Shown: positions 16,273-26,255 of the stretch, one piece after another
How the letters are laid out: each line of letters begins with the position of its first letter
Position numbering within the stretch: the stretch's first letter is position 1
Assembly (NCBI GenBank): GCA_024655925.1
Contig: JANLFS010000004.1
Span: forward strand, 5,201 to 63,102
Origin: Bacillota bacterium
GTDB lineage: Bacteria; Bacillota; DTU025; JANLFS01
DNA: 57,902 nucleotides
Direction: 5' to 3'
The notes under the pieces: model-generated
Database searches by the model: none
Told to the model about the DNA's origin: nothing
The model's input: the letters and a program-made list of their open reading frames with translations, nothing else
Position numbers and translations under genes: made by a program

Positions 16273-16796
16273 TCTCCGTGGCGGCACAGGTAGCCCGCCT
16301 CGCCGAGGGCCCCAACGATGCGCTGCAGTGTTTCCTCGTCTCGCGCCGTGATAGTGTGCAAATGGACACCTTCCGTCAGGACGGAGAGAGGCCTAGCTCC
16401 AGCGCCGGACATCTTCGCCATGAACTTCCTGACGTCCTCCCGGGATGATAGCGCAAGGGTCCCCTTGAGCTCGCCATAGAGAGGGTGGTCCACCAGGACA
16501 TCCTCAACTGTGCCGCCGAGATCGACTATGAGCTCGAGTTCTCCTTGCGTCCCTTCCGGGCCGTGACAACACGCGACCAAGGTCCTGCAACGCTGGCTGG
16601 CCCGGGTGGCGCGGGGTATCAAATACCCCTGGGGAGTCGCAACTATGTCGGCGCCTGATGCGCGGAGGAGGGCTATGTCGGAGACTATGATCTGCCGGCT
16701 CACTGAGAACATGCTGGCCAGGTCCTGTCCAGTCACGGGCCCGTTCCGTCTGGTGAGTACCTCCAGTATCCCCCGGCGTCTTTCGTCACCAGTCAT
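16269..16796 (-). CDS. niaR: NiaR (YrxA)-type transcriptional regulator: HTH + 3H domain
   Basis: MTGDERRRGILEVLTRRNGPVTGQDLASMFSVSRQIIVSDIALLRASG (HTH_11 type), followed by the 3H region ...CHGPEG...LVDHPLYGEL...GVHLHTI. The start is at ATG 16796. The longer track ORF (to 16997) overlaps the upstream gene. Confidence 0.8.
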   Translation of the reverse strand: MTGDERRRGILEVLTRRNGPVTGQDLASMFSVSRQIIVSDIALLRASGADIVATPQGYLIPRATRASQRCRTLVACCHGPEGTQGELELIVDLGGTVEDVLVDHPLYGELKGTLALSSREDVRKFMAKMSGAGARPLSVLTEGVHLHTITARDEETLQRIVGALGEAGYLCRHGE

Positions 16797-16821
16797 TGGC
16801 CCCAGCCTCGCCCTTCTAGAT

Positions 16822-17619
16822 TTAAGAGTGATCTGGATCGTCAACGGTCTTCCAGTCCCGAACCGGGCCGGCCATGGCCCAGAGGTAGTAAAACTGGTAC
16901 CCGGGAGCGCTCGCTGCAGTGTGGTACCCACAGGGAATTGCCGAGACCGACCCGTCCTCCACCACTTTGACATGGTCGAATGACCCGTCAGCCGCATAGA
17001 CGCGCTCGAATCCGAAGCCTCCGGCAGGGAGGCTCAAATAGTACCGAACTTCCTCAAGGTTAGCTTCTCGCTCGCTCGTGGTGTCGTGTTTGTGTGGAGG
17101 GTAGGTGATCCAATTCCCCTCGGGACCGAAGACCTCGCCGAAGAAAAGCCGGCGCGCGCTTATGTTCGGCCCGATTATGGTGTGCACTTCCCGCCGAAAG
17201 TTGCCCATGCCTGATGTGGAGACCTCCACGTCGTTCGGATGGACAACCTGGGGGATACCGCCGGGACTCCCAGGCGCGGCCGCGAGGGCAATCAGGAGAG
17301 GTGTCTGGGCGGCAATGGTGAACCCGATACCGGCCGGGATATACGCGGCCGATGCCTTGCCGTCGAAAGGTGTCGACCTGTCTCCAAGGCCCGCCCATTT
17401 GAACCCAAGGCAAGTGATGTCGCACTTCCCGCCCATTATGACCAGGGCCAACTCCTCAGGCGTGCCGACTATGACCTGTTCGCTCCCTGAGGGGAGCGAA
17501 ACCAGCCCGAACCTGAGGAACTTCAGTCCGTCCCTGCCGGGAGACACGAACTCCCTATAGACTCGACCTGGCATCCGCTCAGCGAATGGTCCCATGGCCA
17601 ATTCCCCCATATGGGACAA
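16822..17619 (-). CDS. IolB-family cupin (5-deoxy-glucuronate isomerase-like)
   Basis: GNWITYPPHKHD...EANLEEVRYY...ERVY...IPCGYH...YYLWAMAGP aligns by eye with B. subtilis IolB (GNWSSYPPHKHD...LEETYYH...QRVY...VPAGYHP...YYLNVMAGP). Confidence 0.75.
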   Translation of the reverse strand: MSHMGELAMGPFAERMPGRVYREFVSPGRDGLKFLRFGLVSLPSGSEQVIVGTPEELALVIMGGKCDITCLGFKWAGLGDRSTPFDGKASAAYIPAGIGFTIAAQTPLLIALAAAPGSPGGIPQVVHPNDVEVSTSGMGNFRREVHTIIGPNISARRLFFGEVFGPEGNWITYPPHKHDTTSEREANLEEVRYYLSLPAGGFGFERVYAADGSFDHVKVVEDGSVSAIPCGYHTAASAPGYQFYYLWAMAGPVRDWKTVDDPDHS

Positions 17620-17683
17620 TTCGCCTCAAGGAACCGCAATCCTCCTCGACCGAACGCTTGCAGGTGGCAACGGGTTTTCGCTG

Positions 17684-18400
17684 CTACCCCCCTAAGTACG
17701 CCTCCCTGACTCTTGGGTCATCCGCCAGTTCCCGAGCAGGGCCGTGCAACACGATCTCTCCTGTCTGAAGCACGTAACAGTAATCGGCTATCCCCAAGGC
17801 CATGTTGGCGTTCTGCTCCACAAGGAGTATGGTGGTGCCCGCGCGGTTAATCTCAGTTATGGTCCGGAATATCTCCCTGACGAGAATCGGGGAAAGGCCC
17901 ATCGACGGCTCATCCAGGAGCATCAGTCTGCCACGGGTCATGAGGGCGCGGGCAACTGCAAGCATCTGTTGCTCCCCGCCGGAGAGCAAGCCTCCGAGCT
18001 GCCCCAGTCTCTCGCGGAGCCTGGGGAACATGGAGAACACTCTCTCCTGGTCCTCGGGGATCCGCTCCCGGTCACGGCGCGCGTACGTCGCCAGCTTGAG
18101 ATTTTCGCCCACAGTCAGGTTCGCGAATATCCCGCGACCTTCCGGTACGTGAGCAATCCCCGCCTCCACAATCTTATGGGCGGGGAGTTGGGTGAGTGAC
18201 CGGTTGTCGAACACGACCGTACCTGCCGACGGCCTCACCATCCCCGAGATCGCCCTGAGCGTTGTGGACTTCCCTGCCCCGTTCGCGCCTATAAGTGTGA
18301 CTATCTGACCGCGTCTGACCTCGAGCGAGATCCCACGAAGCGCACGGATGCCGCCGTATGCGACCTCAAGACCCTGGACGGACAGGAGAACGTCAGCCAT
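17684..18400 (-). CDS. livF: Branched-chain/hydrophobic amino-acid ABC transporter ATPase (LivF type)
   Basis: Walker A GANGAGKST, LSGGEQQMLAVARAL and LLDEPS. Confidence 0.9.
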   Translation of the reverse strand: MADVLLSVQGLEVAYGGIRALRGISLEVRRGQIVTLIGANGAGKSTTLRAISGMVRPSAGTVVFDNRSLTQLPAHKIVEAGIAHVPEGRGIFANLTVGENLKLATYARRDRERIPEDQERVFSMFPRLRERLGQLGGLLSGGEQQMLAVARALMTRGRLMLLDEPSMGLSPILVREIFRTITEINRAGTTILLVEQNANMALGIADYCYVLQTGEIVLHGPARELADDPRVREAYLGG

Positions 18401-19176
18401 CAGGACGCCTCCTTTCCGAGATAGGCCTCGAGCACTCTGGGGTTCGACTGGATCTCCTCCGGGGTACCTTCAGCTATTGTCTCGCCGAAGTCCAGGACGA
18501 GTATCCGCTCACAGATCCTCATCACCACGCGCATCTGGTGTTCGATCAGGAGGATCGTGAGGTTGAACTCCTTCCTGATCCAGCCTATTGTCTCGATCAG
18601 CCTATCAACCTCCGCGGGGTTCATCCCAGCCGCGGGCTCGTCCAGGAGCAGCACTTGTGGATTGGAGGCGAGGGCCCGGGCGATCTCCAGCCTTCTCTGC
18701 TCTCCGTATGGGAGCGCCCTGGCCACGGTGGAAGCATACTGCAGGAGGCCGAAGGTCTCCAGGAGCGAATAGGCCTTTTCGCGGATTCTGTCCTCCTCTG
18801 CCCGGAACCGCTTGGTGCGGAGAAGCGCGTCGATGATGCGATACCGCGCCTGGGAGAAGTGCCCTATCCTCACGTTGTCGAGGACCGAGAGGTCCCGGAA
18901 AAGACGGATGGTCTGGAAGGTCCGGGCGACACCCATGGATACTATGTCCGAGGACGGTCTTCCCACGAGGCTCTTGCCGAGGAACTCTATCTCCCCTTCA
19001 GCCGGCCGGTAAACGCCGGTAATAAGGTTGAACACGGTGGTCTTCCCGGCGCCGTTCGGCCCGATCAGCCCCACTATCTCCCCTTGCTGGAGGGTCAAGT
19101 TGAAACCTGATACAGCACGAAGCCCCCCGAACCTGTGCGAGAGGCCGCTAACGCGAAGCACCGACAAGTGCCCCAC
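18400..19176 (-). CDS. livG: Amino-acid ABC transporter ATPase (LivG type)
   Basis: [22 protein letters not shown] and LLDEPAAG. Confidence 0.9.
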   Translation of the reverse strand: MGHLSVLRVSGLSHRFGGLRAVSGFNLTLQQGEIVGLIGPNGAGKTTVFNLITGVYRPAEGEIEFLGKSLVGRPSSDIVSMGVARTFQTIRLFRDLSVLDNVRIGHFSQARYRIIDALLRTKRFRAEEDRIREKAYSLLETFGLLQYASTVARALPYGEQRRLEIARALASNPQVLLLDEPAAGMNPAEVDRLIETIGWIRKEFNLTILLIEHQMRVVMRICERILVLDFGETIAEGTPEEIQSNPRVLEAYLGKEAS

Positions 19177-20140
19177 CCTCCTTCCGCGCAGGCTGTCTCT
19201 CCTCGGGCGGGATGAACCACCTGAACTCCCGTAAACCCATGATCCCAGTTGGCCTTACCAGCATGAGTGCAACTAGCATCAGCGGACCGACCACCCACCG
19301 CCACACGTTGAGCGGGCGAAGGAGCTCAAGAAGCACAGTGTACACAGTAGCGCCCAGCACAGACCCGGCGATACTTCCGATCCCGCCCAGATAGACCATG
19401 ACCAATATGTCAGTGGACTTGCGGATGTCGAAGGTCCTGGGGTTGATGAACTGAATGAGGTGTGCGAATAGGGCGCCCGCTACTCCGGCGAAGAACGCGG
19501 CTGTAGCGAACACGATGATCTTGGTCTTCCGCGTGTCCACGCTCACCAAGTTGGAGGCCACCTCGTCCTCGCGGATTGAGAGAACTGCCCTGCCGAAATT
19601 GGAGTAGATCAAGTTCCGGATCAAGTACACCGAAAGCCCGGTCCAAAAGGCGACATAGGTGAGACTCGTCAGCCGGTTCATCCCCAGAAACCCCCGGGGC
19701 CCCCCGAGCGCCTCGATATTCTCAAGAAGGCTCTTCACTATCATGCTGAAGGCCAGGGTGACTATGGCAAGGTAGTCACCGCGGGTTCGGAAGGACGGGA
19801 ACGCAACGATGAGGGAAGCTGCAGCCGCCATGATCCCTCCTGCCAGAGTGGCAACGGGGAAAGCCAGGAGGGGGAGGCTGTTTCGGAACCACCATACCGT
19901 CACGATGGAGGCTGTGTAGGCCCCGATGGCCATGAAGCCTGCATGCCCCACAGAGAACTCTCCCATGTACCCGTTTACCAGGTTCAGGCTGAGAGTGAGT
20001 ATGCTGTTGATCCCGACATACATGAGCACTTGGAGAATGTACATGCTCACAAGCCCGGACTTCTCCAGTCCGTAGGTGCACGCAAGGCCCGCCAGAATCA
20101 GCACAGATGTGCGCCAGGACTTGATCCCCACCGGATGCAC
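19148..20140 (-). CDS. livM: Amino-acid ABC transporter permease (LivM type)
   Basis: A polytopic 330-aa protein in the liv gene order, with the [16 protein letters not shown] motif. Confidence 0.85.
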   Translation of the reverse strand: MHPVGIKSWRTSVLILAGLACTYGLEKSGLVSMYILQVLMYVGINSILTLSLNLVNGYMGEFSVGHAGFMAIGAYTASIVTVWWFRNSLPLLAFPVATLAGGIMAAAASLIVAFPSFRTRGDYLAIVTLAFSMIVKSLLENIEALGGPRGFLGMNRLTSLTYVAFWTGLSVYLIRNLIYSNFGRAVLSIREDEVASNLVSVDTRKTKIIVFATAAFFAGVAGALFAHLIQFINPRTFDIRKSTDILVMVYLGGIGSIAGSVLGATVYTVLLELLRPLNVWRWVVGPLMLVALMLVRPTGIMGLREFRWFIPPEERQPARKEGGALVGASR

Positions 20141-20162
20141 CTCGTTTCCGCGTTCACTTGGA

Positions 20163-21065
20163 TCATACCTTCTGGGCAGTCACTCTGCCCAGGATTCCGG
20201 TTGGACGCACTATCAGGACGATGAGAAGGACGGTGAACGCCACAAAGTCTCGGTATGTGGAGGATGGTAGAACCGTGGGAGTGAACACCTCTATCATCCC
20301 AAGGATATATGCGCCGAGCATCGCGCCTCGAATGTTACCTATCCCTCCCACCACAGCCGCAATGAATGCCCACCACCCGATGCGCACTCCCATGTAGGGG
20401 TTGATTATCGGGTAGGCCTGCGTGTACAGGACCCCGCCCGCCGCCGCGACCGCCGACCCAATGGCAAACGTGATGGAGATTATCCTGTCCAGCGGCACCC
20501 CCATCAGAGGTACGACGGTCTTGTCGTAGGAGATCGCCCGCATCGCCATGCCGGTCATGGTCTTTCGAACCACTGTATCAAGGATCAGCATGAGCAGGAT
20601 TGAGATTGCGATTATGAGCAATTGAAGCCCTGACGTAGTCAGCGGCCCGACACTGAGACTGTCTGTCGGCAGGAGGGGGGGCATTCCACGGGCAGCAGGT
20701 CCCAAAGTGGCCAGAGTGAAGTTCTCGAGGAAGAGCCCGACGCCCAGGGCAGTGATGACCGCAGACACTCTGGGCGCTGTGCGGAGCGGCCGGTAGGCTA
20801 CTCGCTCTATCAGGACAGCAAGAGAGGCGGTGAGCACCATGGTCACGGCCATGGTGGCAGTGAACACAGCCCAATCGGGGAGAGTCCCCGAAAGGAGAAC
20901 CCCCGCGCTGAAGAACCCTATGTAGCACGCAATCATGAATATGTCGCCGTGGGCGAAGTTGATCAGCCGTAGGATCCCATAGACCATTGTGTAACCCAAT
21001 GCTATCAGAGCATATACGCTCCCAAGCTGGATACCGTTCAGGATCTGCTGGAGAATGAGGTCCAA
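20163..21065 (-). CDS. livH: Amino-acid ABC transporter permease (LivH type)
   Basis: N-terminus MDLILQQILNGIQLGSVYALIALGYTMVYGILRLINFAHGD is a LivH signature. Confidence 0.9.
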   Translation of the reverse strand: MDLILQQILNGIQLGSVYALIALGYTMVYGILRLINFAHGDIFMIACYIGFFSAGVLLSGTLPDWAVFTATMAVTMVLTASLAVLIERVAYRPLRTAPRVSAVITALGVGLFLENFTLATLGPAARGMPPLLPTDSLSVGPLTTSGLQLLIIAISILLMLILDTVVRKTMTGMAMRAISYDKTVVPLMGVPLDRIISITFAIGSAVAAAGGVLYTQAYPIINPYMGVRIGWWAFIAAVVGGIGNIRGAMLGAYILGMIEVFTPTVLPSSTYRDFVAFTVLLIVLIVRPTGILGRVTAQKV

Positions 21066-21219
21066 CTCGCCATCCCCCCGATGGTCTTAAGTTGACCCCG
21101 GCCCCGTGTCATGTAGGACCAGGGTCCGGGGTCATAGTCCGGTCCGTGAGCCTTGAGCCCGGCTGATTGGCGGCCACGGGTCCTCGCCGGTCATGCTTCA
21201 CCCAGCGGCCTGGGTAAGC

Positions 21220-22359
21220 CTATGGCCCTACGTTCGCGAAGTACTGGAACTTGCCGTCTTTGATCTGGAGGATCACGGCACTCTTCACGGGGTCGCCGGT
21301 ACCTTCGAACCTCATGTTCCCTGTGACACCTTCGTACAGCTTCATCTTGGAAAGCCCCTCGCGCACCGCCTCACGGTCCACTCTGCCAGCGGTCTTGAGG
21401 GCGAGGAAGAGCATGCCGAACGCATCATATGTAAGGGCAGCAACGTCGTCGGGCTTCTCCCTGTACTGCTTTTCGTATGAGGTGATGAACTTCTGGGCGA
21501 CGGGGGTGGCGATGTCCGGGGCGTAATGTGTGCTGAAGAAATGGCCTTCCATGTCACGCCCACCGAGCTTGATTATGTCAGGGAAGCCCCATGAATCGCT
21601 TCCGAGGATGGCCCCTTTGTACCCGAGCCTGTGCGCCTGTTGTGCCTGGAGCGGGACTTCACTGTAGTAGTTCGGCAGGAACAGCACCTCGGGATCAGCC
21701 CTTCTGATCCTGGTGAGCTGGGAAGAGAAGTCCTGGTCACCGGTGGTGTAGCTCTCGTACGCCACCACTTTGCCGCCGTACTCCTCGAAGGACTTCCGGA
21801 ACACCTCGGCGATGCCCTTGTTGTACTCACTGGCAACATCATAGAGGACTGCCGCCCGAGACGCCTTGAGGTTCTCACGAGCGAACTTCGCGCATACGAC
21901 TCCCTGGAAGTCATCGATCATGCATGCTCTGAAGACGTACCGCTTGTTCTGGGTCGTCTTGACGTTGGTGGACCACGGGCTGATCATCGGGACTTTCGCG
22001 TCTTCAGCGATCTGGGCCGCAGGGATGGCGTTGCGACTGGCGTTAGGGCCTATCAACGCCACGACCTGGTTCTGCGTGATGAGCTTCTGGGCTGCTGCTG
22101 CGGCGGACTCCGCCTTGTCTTCGTTGTCCTCGATGACGATCCTCACTTCGTACTTCACGCCGCCGACTTCCGGGCCACCAGATCTGTTGATCTCCTCCAC
22201 CGCCATCTCCGCCGCGTTCCTGCAGGACCTTCCCACCACCGGGATGCTCCCGGTCAGCTCGGCGTTGACGCCGATGATTATGGGTTTCGCTCCGAACGAT
22301 ACCGAACTCGAGACGGCCACGAGCAGAAAGATCCCGAACATGCTGAGCAACCGTTTCAC
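21220..22359 (-). CDS. Periplasmic-binding-protein type I substrate-binding subunit of the liv-type ABC transporter
   Basis: Signal peptide VKRLLSMFGIFLLVAVSSSVSFG followed by the IIIGVNAELTG... LivJ/K-like fold pattern. The start is placed at GTG 22359, after AAAGGGGAG. Confidence 0.8.
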   Translation of the reverse strand: MKRLLSMFGIFLLVAVSSSVSFGAKPIIIGVNAELTGSIPVVGRSCRNAAEMAVEEINRSGGPEVGGVKYEVRIVIEDNEDKAESAAAAAQKLITQNQVVALIGPNASRNAIPAAQIAEDAKVPMISPWSTNVKTTQNKRYVFRACMIDDFQGVVCAKFARENLKASRAAVLYDVASEYNKGIAEVFRKSFEEYGGKVVAYESYTTGDQDFSSQLTRIRRADPEVLFLPNYYSEVPLQAQQAHRLGYKGAILGSDSWGFPDIIKLGGRDMEGHFFSTHYAPDIATPVAQKFITSYEKQYREKPDDVAALTYDAFGMLFLALKTAGRVDREAVREGLSKMKLYEGVTGNMRFEGTGDPVKSAVILQIKDGKFQYFANVGP

Positions 22360-22464
22360 CTGTCCACTCCCCTTTCTTCCCGTGTTTGGCGTTAAGCTGG
22401 AGGTACGATTATGCATTCGTGTATCAATAATTTACCATGAAAGGAACATCTCAGTCAACAAAGC

Positions 22465-22497
22465 AAACCCCGGCATCAGTCTGTGATGCCGGGGTTT
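22465..22497 (-). terminator. Rho-independent terminator downstream of ftsH
   Basis: The minus strand reads AAACCCCGGCATCA-cagac-TGATGCCGGGGTTT followed by GCTTTGTT. The 14-bp stem lies 50 nt after the ftsH stop. Confidence 0.7.
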
Positions 22498-22546
22498 CTT
22501 TCACTTATCTCGCCCTATCTACGCCGGGCCGGCCTTCCGTGCCCTC

Positions 22547-24496
22547 CTACGCGGGCGCGCCTTCAGGGTTCGTCTTGGTGACGTCGCGCTTGGCCCCCAC
22601 GTGGCGTTCATCGATGGCGGCAAGGGATGTCCTGGGCCCAGATTCCCCGTCGGGCTGCTCCTCTGAGCGTTTATCCTCGGGTGCGTCCCGGCCTTCGAGA
22701 ATCCGGTCGAGATCCTCGCCCTCAACAGTCTCCTGTGCCTTGAGAGCCTCCGCGAGCCTCGTGAGTTTGTCGACGTTCTGAGAGAGAAGCTCATGCGCTC
22801 GGGCGTAGGCTTCCTCGACGATTCGGTGGATCTCTTCGTCGATCTTTGCGGCAACTTCCTCACTGTAGTTGCGGTCACGAGATATGTCGCGTCCGAGGAA
22901 CACCTGCTCCTCTTGGCTCCGCCCGTAGGTGAGGGGGCCGAGGTTGCTCATGCCGTACTCAGTCACCATCTTGCGGGCGGTCTTGCTGGCACGGTCAAGA
23001 TCGCTCTGTGCGCCCGTGCTTATCTCGCCTATCATGAGCTCCTCAGCGACCCTGCCTCCCAGGGCCACGATGATCTCGTTCATTATCTCGGTCTTCGTGG
23101 CATACCGGTACCTCCGGTCGTCCTCCGGTACCATCAGGGTGTACCCACCAGCCCTGCCGCGGCCGATGATTGAGACCTTGACTACGGGGTCCGCTCCGGG
23201 GATGAGCCGCGCAACCAGTGCATGCCCTGCCTCGTGGAAGGCGACGAGAGTCTTCTCGCGCTCGCTCAGGATCCGGCCTTTCTTGGCTGGACCGGCCACG
23301 ATCCGTTCAATGGCCTCGGCGGTCTCTTCGGCGCCGATTTTCTTCTTGTTGCGACGCGCGGCCAACAGCGCAGCCTCGTTCAGGACGTTCGCCAGGTCCG
23401 CCCCAGTGAACCCAGGGGTACGGCGGGCGAGCGCCCGAAGGTCGATGTCCGCCGCAAGGGGCTTGTTCTTGCTGTGGACTCTCAGGATAGCCTCGCGGCC
23501 GGCCTGGTCTGGAGCGTCCACAACAATATGCCTGTCGAACCGGCCGGGACGCAGAAGTGCCGGGTCGAGGATATCGGGCCTGTTCGTGGCCGCGAGTACA
23601 ATGACCCCGGAGTTCGGATCGAACCCGTCCATCTCGAAGAGCAGCTGGTTGAGGGTCTGCTCACGCTCATCATGCCCTCCACCGAGGCCCGCGCCACGCT
23701 GCCGCCCTACCGCGTCGATCTCGTCGATGAATACGATGCACGGCGCATTCCGCTTGGCCTGCTCAAACATGTCCCGCACGCGGCTCGCGCCCACACCCAC
23801 AAACATCTCGACGAAGTCAGACCCGCTCACGCTGAAGAAGGGCACATCGGCCTCGCCGGCTACTGCCCTGGCAAGGAGGGTCTTCCCTGTCCCCGGTGGC
23901 CCGACAAGCAGGATCCCCTTGGGGATACGTGCCCCCAGCTCGATGTAGCGCTTTGGGTGCTTGAGGTAGTCGACAATCTCCTGAAGTTCCTCTTTCACCT
24001 CTTCGACCCCGGCGACATCCTGAAACGTTGCCCTGCCCCGTTCGTCTGTATGCAGCTTCGCGCGGCTCCGGCCGAACTGCATCGCCTTATTCCCGCCGCC
24101 CTGGATCTGGTTCATGATGAAGAAGAACACTGCAACCAGAAGCACAATGGAGATGAGATTGGGCACCAAGGCCACCCACCACGGCGCCGGACCCTCAGGC
24201 TCCATCGACAACTCAATCCTGGACGCGAGGTCAGGGTCATTGCGGATGTCTTCGATCAGGCCTTTGACGTCAGGGTAGAACAGCTTGAACTGCCGGCCGT
24301 CAGAGAGGGTTCCCCGTATTGAATTCTCTCCGACAATCTGAAGCTCAGTGACCTTGCGCTCCTGCCAGTACTTCATGAATTGGCTGGCGGTTATCTCATC
24401 GGGACGCGCCCTATTCATGAACAGAGACTGTGTGATAGAAACGGTTATCAACCCGAGTAAGAGCCAGAGGGCAAGGTTTTTCATGAGTTTGTTCAA
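22547..24496 (-). CDS. ftsH: ATP-dependent zinc metalloprotease FtsH
   Basis: AAA+ Walker [12 protein letters not shown], the SRH region and the Zn site HEAGHAL. The start is probably TTG 24496 ([11 protein letters not shown]...), 7 nt after GGAGG. The track ORF starts two codons earlier, at 24502. Confidence 0.95.
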   Translation of the reverse strand: MNKLMKNLALWLLLGLITVSITQSLFMNRARPDEITASQFMKYWQERKVTELQIVGENSIRGTLSDGRQFKLFYPDVKGLIEDIRNDPDLASRIELSMEPEGPAPWWVALVPNLISIVLLVAVFFFIMNQIQGGGNKAMQFGRSRAKLHTDERGRATFQDVAGVEEVKEELQEIVDYLKHPKRYIELGARIPKGILLVGPPGTGKTLLARAVAGEADVPFFSVSGSDFVEMFVGVGASRVRDMFEQAKRNAPCIVFIDEIDAVGRQRGAGLGGGHDEREQTLNQLLFEMDGFDPNSGVIVLAATNRPDILDPALLRPGRFDRHIVVDAPDQAGREAILRVHSKNKPLAADIDLRALARRTPGFTGADLANVLNEAALLAARRNKKKIGAEETAEAIERIVAGPAKKGRILSEREKTLVAFHEAGHALVARLIPGADPVVKVSIIGRGRAGGYTLMVPEDDRRYRYATKTEIMNEIIVALGGRVAEELMIGEISTGAQSDLDRASKTARKMVTEYGMSNLGPLTYGRSQEEQVFLGRDISRDRNYSEEVAAKIDEEIHRIVEEAYARAHELLSQNVDKLTRLAEALKAQETVEGEDLDRILEGRDAPEDKRSEEQPDGESGPRTSLAAIDERHVGAKRDVTKTNPEGAPA

Positions 24497-24574
24497 CGGC
24501 AAACCTCCTCCCGCCTGGGCATAACCAGTGCTATGTGAAACCTAACAAAGGCAATACCCTCAATGCGCCAACTC

Positions 24575-24603
24575 ATTATAGCACAGCCCCCTATACAAGA
24601 CAA
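24575..24603 (-). promoter_or_regulatory. Candidate sigma-A promoter of ftsH with an extended -10
   Basis: The minus strand reads TTGTCT (24603..24598), a 17-nt spacer ending in TGc, then TATAAT (24580..24575). Confidence 0.55.
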
Positions 24604-24824
24604 ACGAACGGACCGGTCAGGGCGTTCCTCCGAGGCCTGTATCTCCGCGTTTGAACCCGGGTAAGATCCTCCGGATGGGCCGAGCAGGACTGGCGGACGC
24701 TGCAAGCGAACGCTCATATACTAGTATGCCCCCAAATTGGCAAACTATGGGGCTAACCGACGAACGGACGCCCGGGGGCGCTCGTCTATCGCCAGGATCC
24801 CCAAGCATTCAAGGAGGTACCCGC

Positions 24825-26143
24825 ATGTCCAATCGAAATAGGGGACGCGGATGGTTCGCGGCCGCAGTCATGTCGGCGATCATCATTTCATTGGCTGCCC
24901 CCGCATCAGCCGCGCTCCCTTCTGAATCACATCGCATGGCGGCGCTCGCCACGATCTGGGCTGAGGCCCGTTTCGCCTTTCCGTTTTGGGATCAGGTCCC
25001 CGATCTCGACTGGGACGAGGCTTTCCGCGAGTATATTCCCAAGGTCGCTTCAGCTCAAGACGAGATCGACTATTACAGAACCCTGCAGAGGTTCGTCGCC
25101 CTGTTGCGCGACGGCCACTCAAACGTGTTTCCCCCTCCAGGCGCTATGCAGGGCCTAGATCGGCCTCCGCTCGGGTTGGATTGGATCGAGGACCAAGTCG
25201 TTGTGGTGTGGGCTGCAGCGGTCCCCGAGATCATCAAGGCCGGGATCGAAGTAGGAGACAGGATTCTTGAAGCAGACGGCAGAGACGCAGTCGAATACAT
25301 GCGGGACTAGGTGGCCCCCTACATCAGCGCCTCCACAGACCGCGATCTCTTCAAGAGAAGCTGCCGCGAACTCCTGGTGGGACGGGCCGGGACCTCCGTC
25401 GCTCTGACGATCTCCGACACGGCGGGGCAGGTCCGCCAGGTCAACCTGACGCGCAGCTCCCAGGTGCCGCCGGACCTGCGCCCGGTTCCAGGGCCGAAGT
25501 TGTCCAAGAGGGATCTCGGGGGAGGCATAGTCCTGGTTGAGCTGTCCACGTTCGGCGACATGAGCGTAGCGCAGGAGTTTAACAGGGCCTTTCCGGGCTT
25601 CCGAGGAGTGCGAGGGCTCATCATCGACCTCCGTAAGAACGGCGGAGGCGACACCCCGATCGCAAACAAGATCCTCGCAAGACCGATCGCGGTGCCGGTC
25701 TGGGGCTCGTCCAATTGGACGGCCAGAAGCTACGTTCCAGTCTACCGCGCCTGGAGGCGTGAAGAAACCTGGATAAAGGGCAGAGGGGATGTCGTCTTCC
25801 CCGCCGGGCTGTTCGGGCAGTATCATGGGCCCCTGGTCCTCATCGTGGGGGAGGACACGTTCAGCGCGGCTGAAGACTTCGTCTCGGCCCTCAAGAAGCA
25901 GGACGCGCAACCCTAGTGGGATCCCCGACCGGGGGCAGCACAGGCCAACCCTTGGGGTTCCCGCTTCCGGGCGGCGGTTCGGCCAGAATCGTCGTCACGA
26001 GAGACCTCCTGCCTGACGGCAGGCCGCTGTCTGGCAACGGCATTCAGCCCGACATAGTGGTGTATCCGACCATCGCTGATGTAGTGGCAGGCAGAGACCC
26101 CGCGCTCGAACGGGCGGTTGAGGAGATAATGGCGCTGCGCTGA
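24825..26143 (+). pseudogene. S41-family (C-terminal processing/tail-specific type) peptidase gene disrupted by one nonsense codon and one frameshift
   Basis: Good AAGGAGG Shine-Dalgarno and a signal peptide (MSNRNRGRGWFAAAVMSAIIISLAAPASA). There is an in-frame TAG at 25308..25310 (MRD*VAPYIS). A frame change near 25893..25916 is visible as ALKKQDAQP* in one frame against GRATLVGSPTGGSTGQPLGFPLPGGG in the next. The catalytic region GEDTFSAAEDF is still recognisable. Confidence 0.8.
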
Positions 26144-26255
26144 CACGGAACCCCCCGGCGCGTGGCCCGGGTGCCTGAAACACCCTTGACGCCGCGGGAA
26201 TCCGGGCGCCTGCGCCCCGGGGCACCCGGCGTCAGGCGTGCGACGCGATTTGAGA

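Noticed and set aside
25308-25310. In-frame TAG in the S41 peptidase gene as programmed recoding (e.g. pyrrolysine) or read-through
   Set aside because: No pyl genes or recoding signals are visible. The same gene also carries an independent frameshift 600 nt downstream, so simple decay is the economical explanation.
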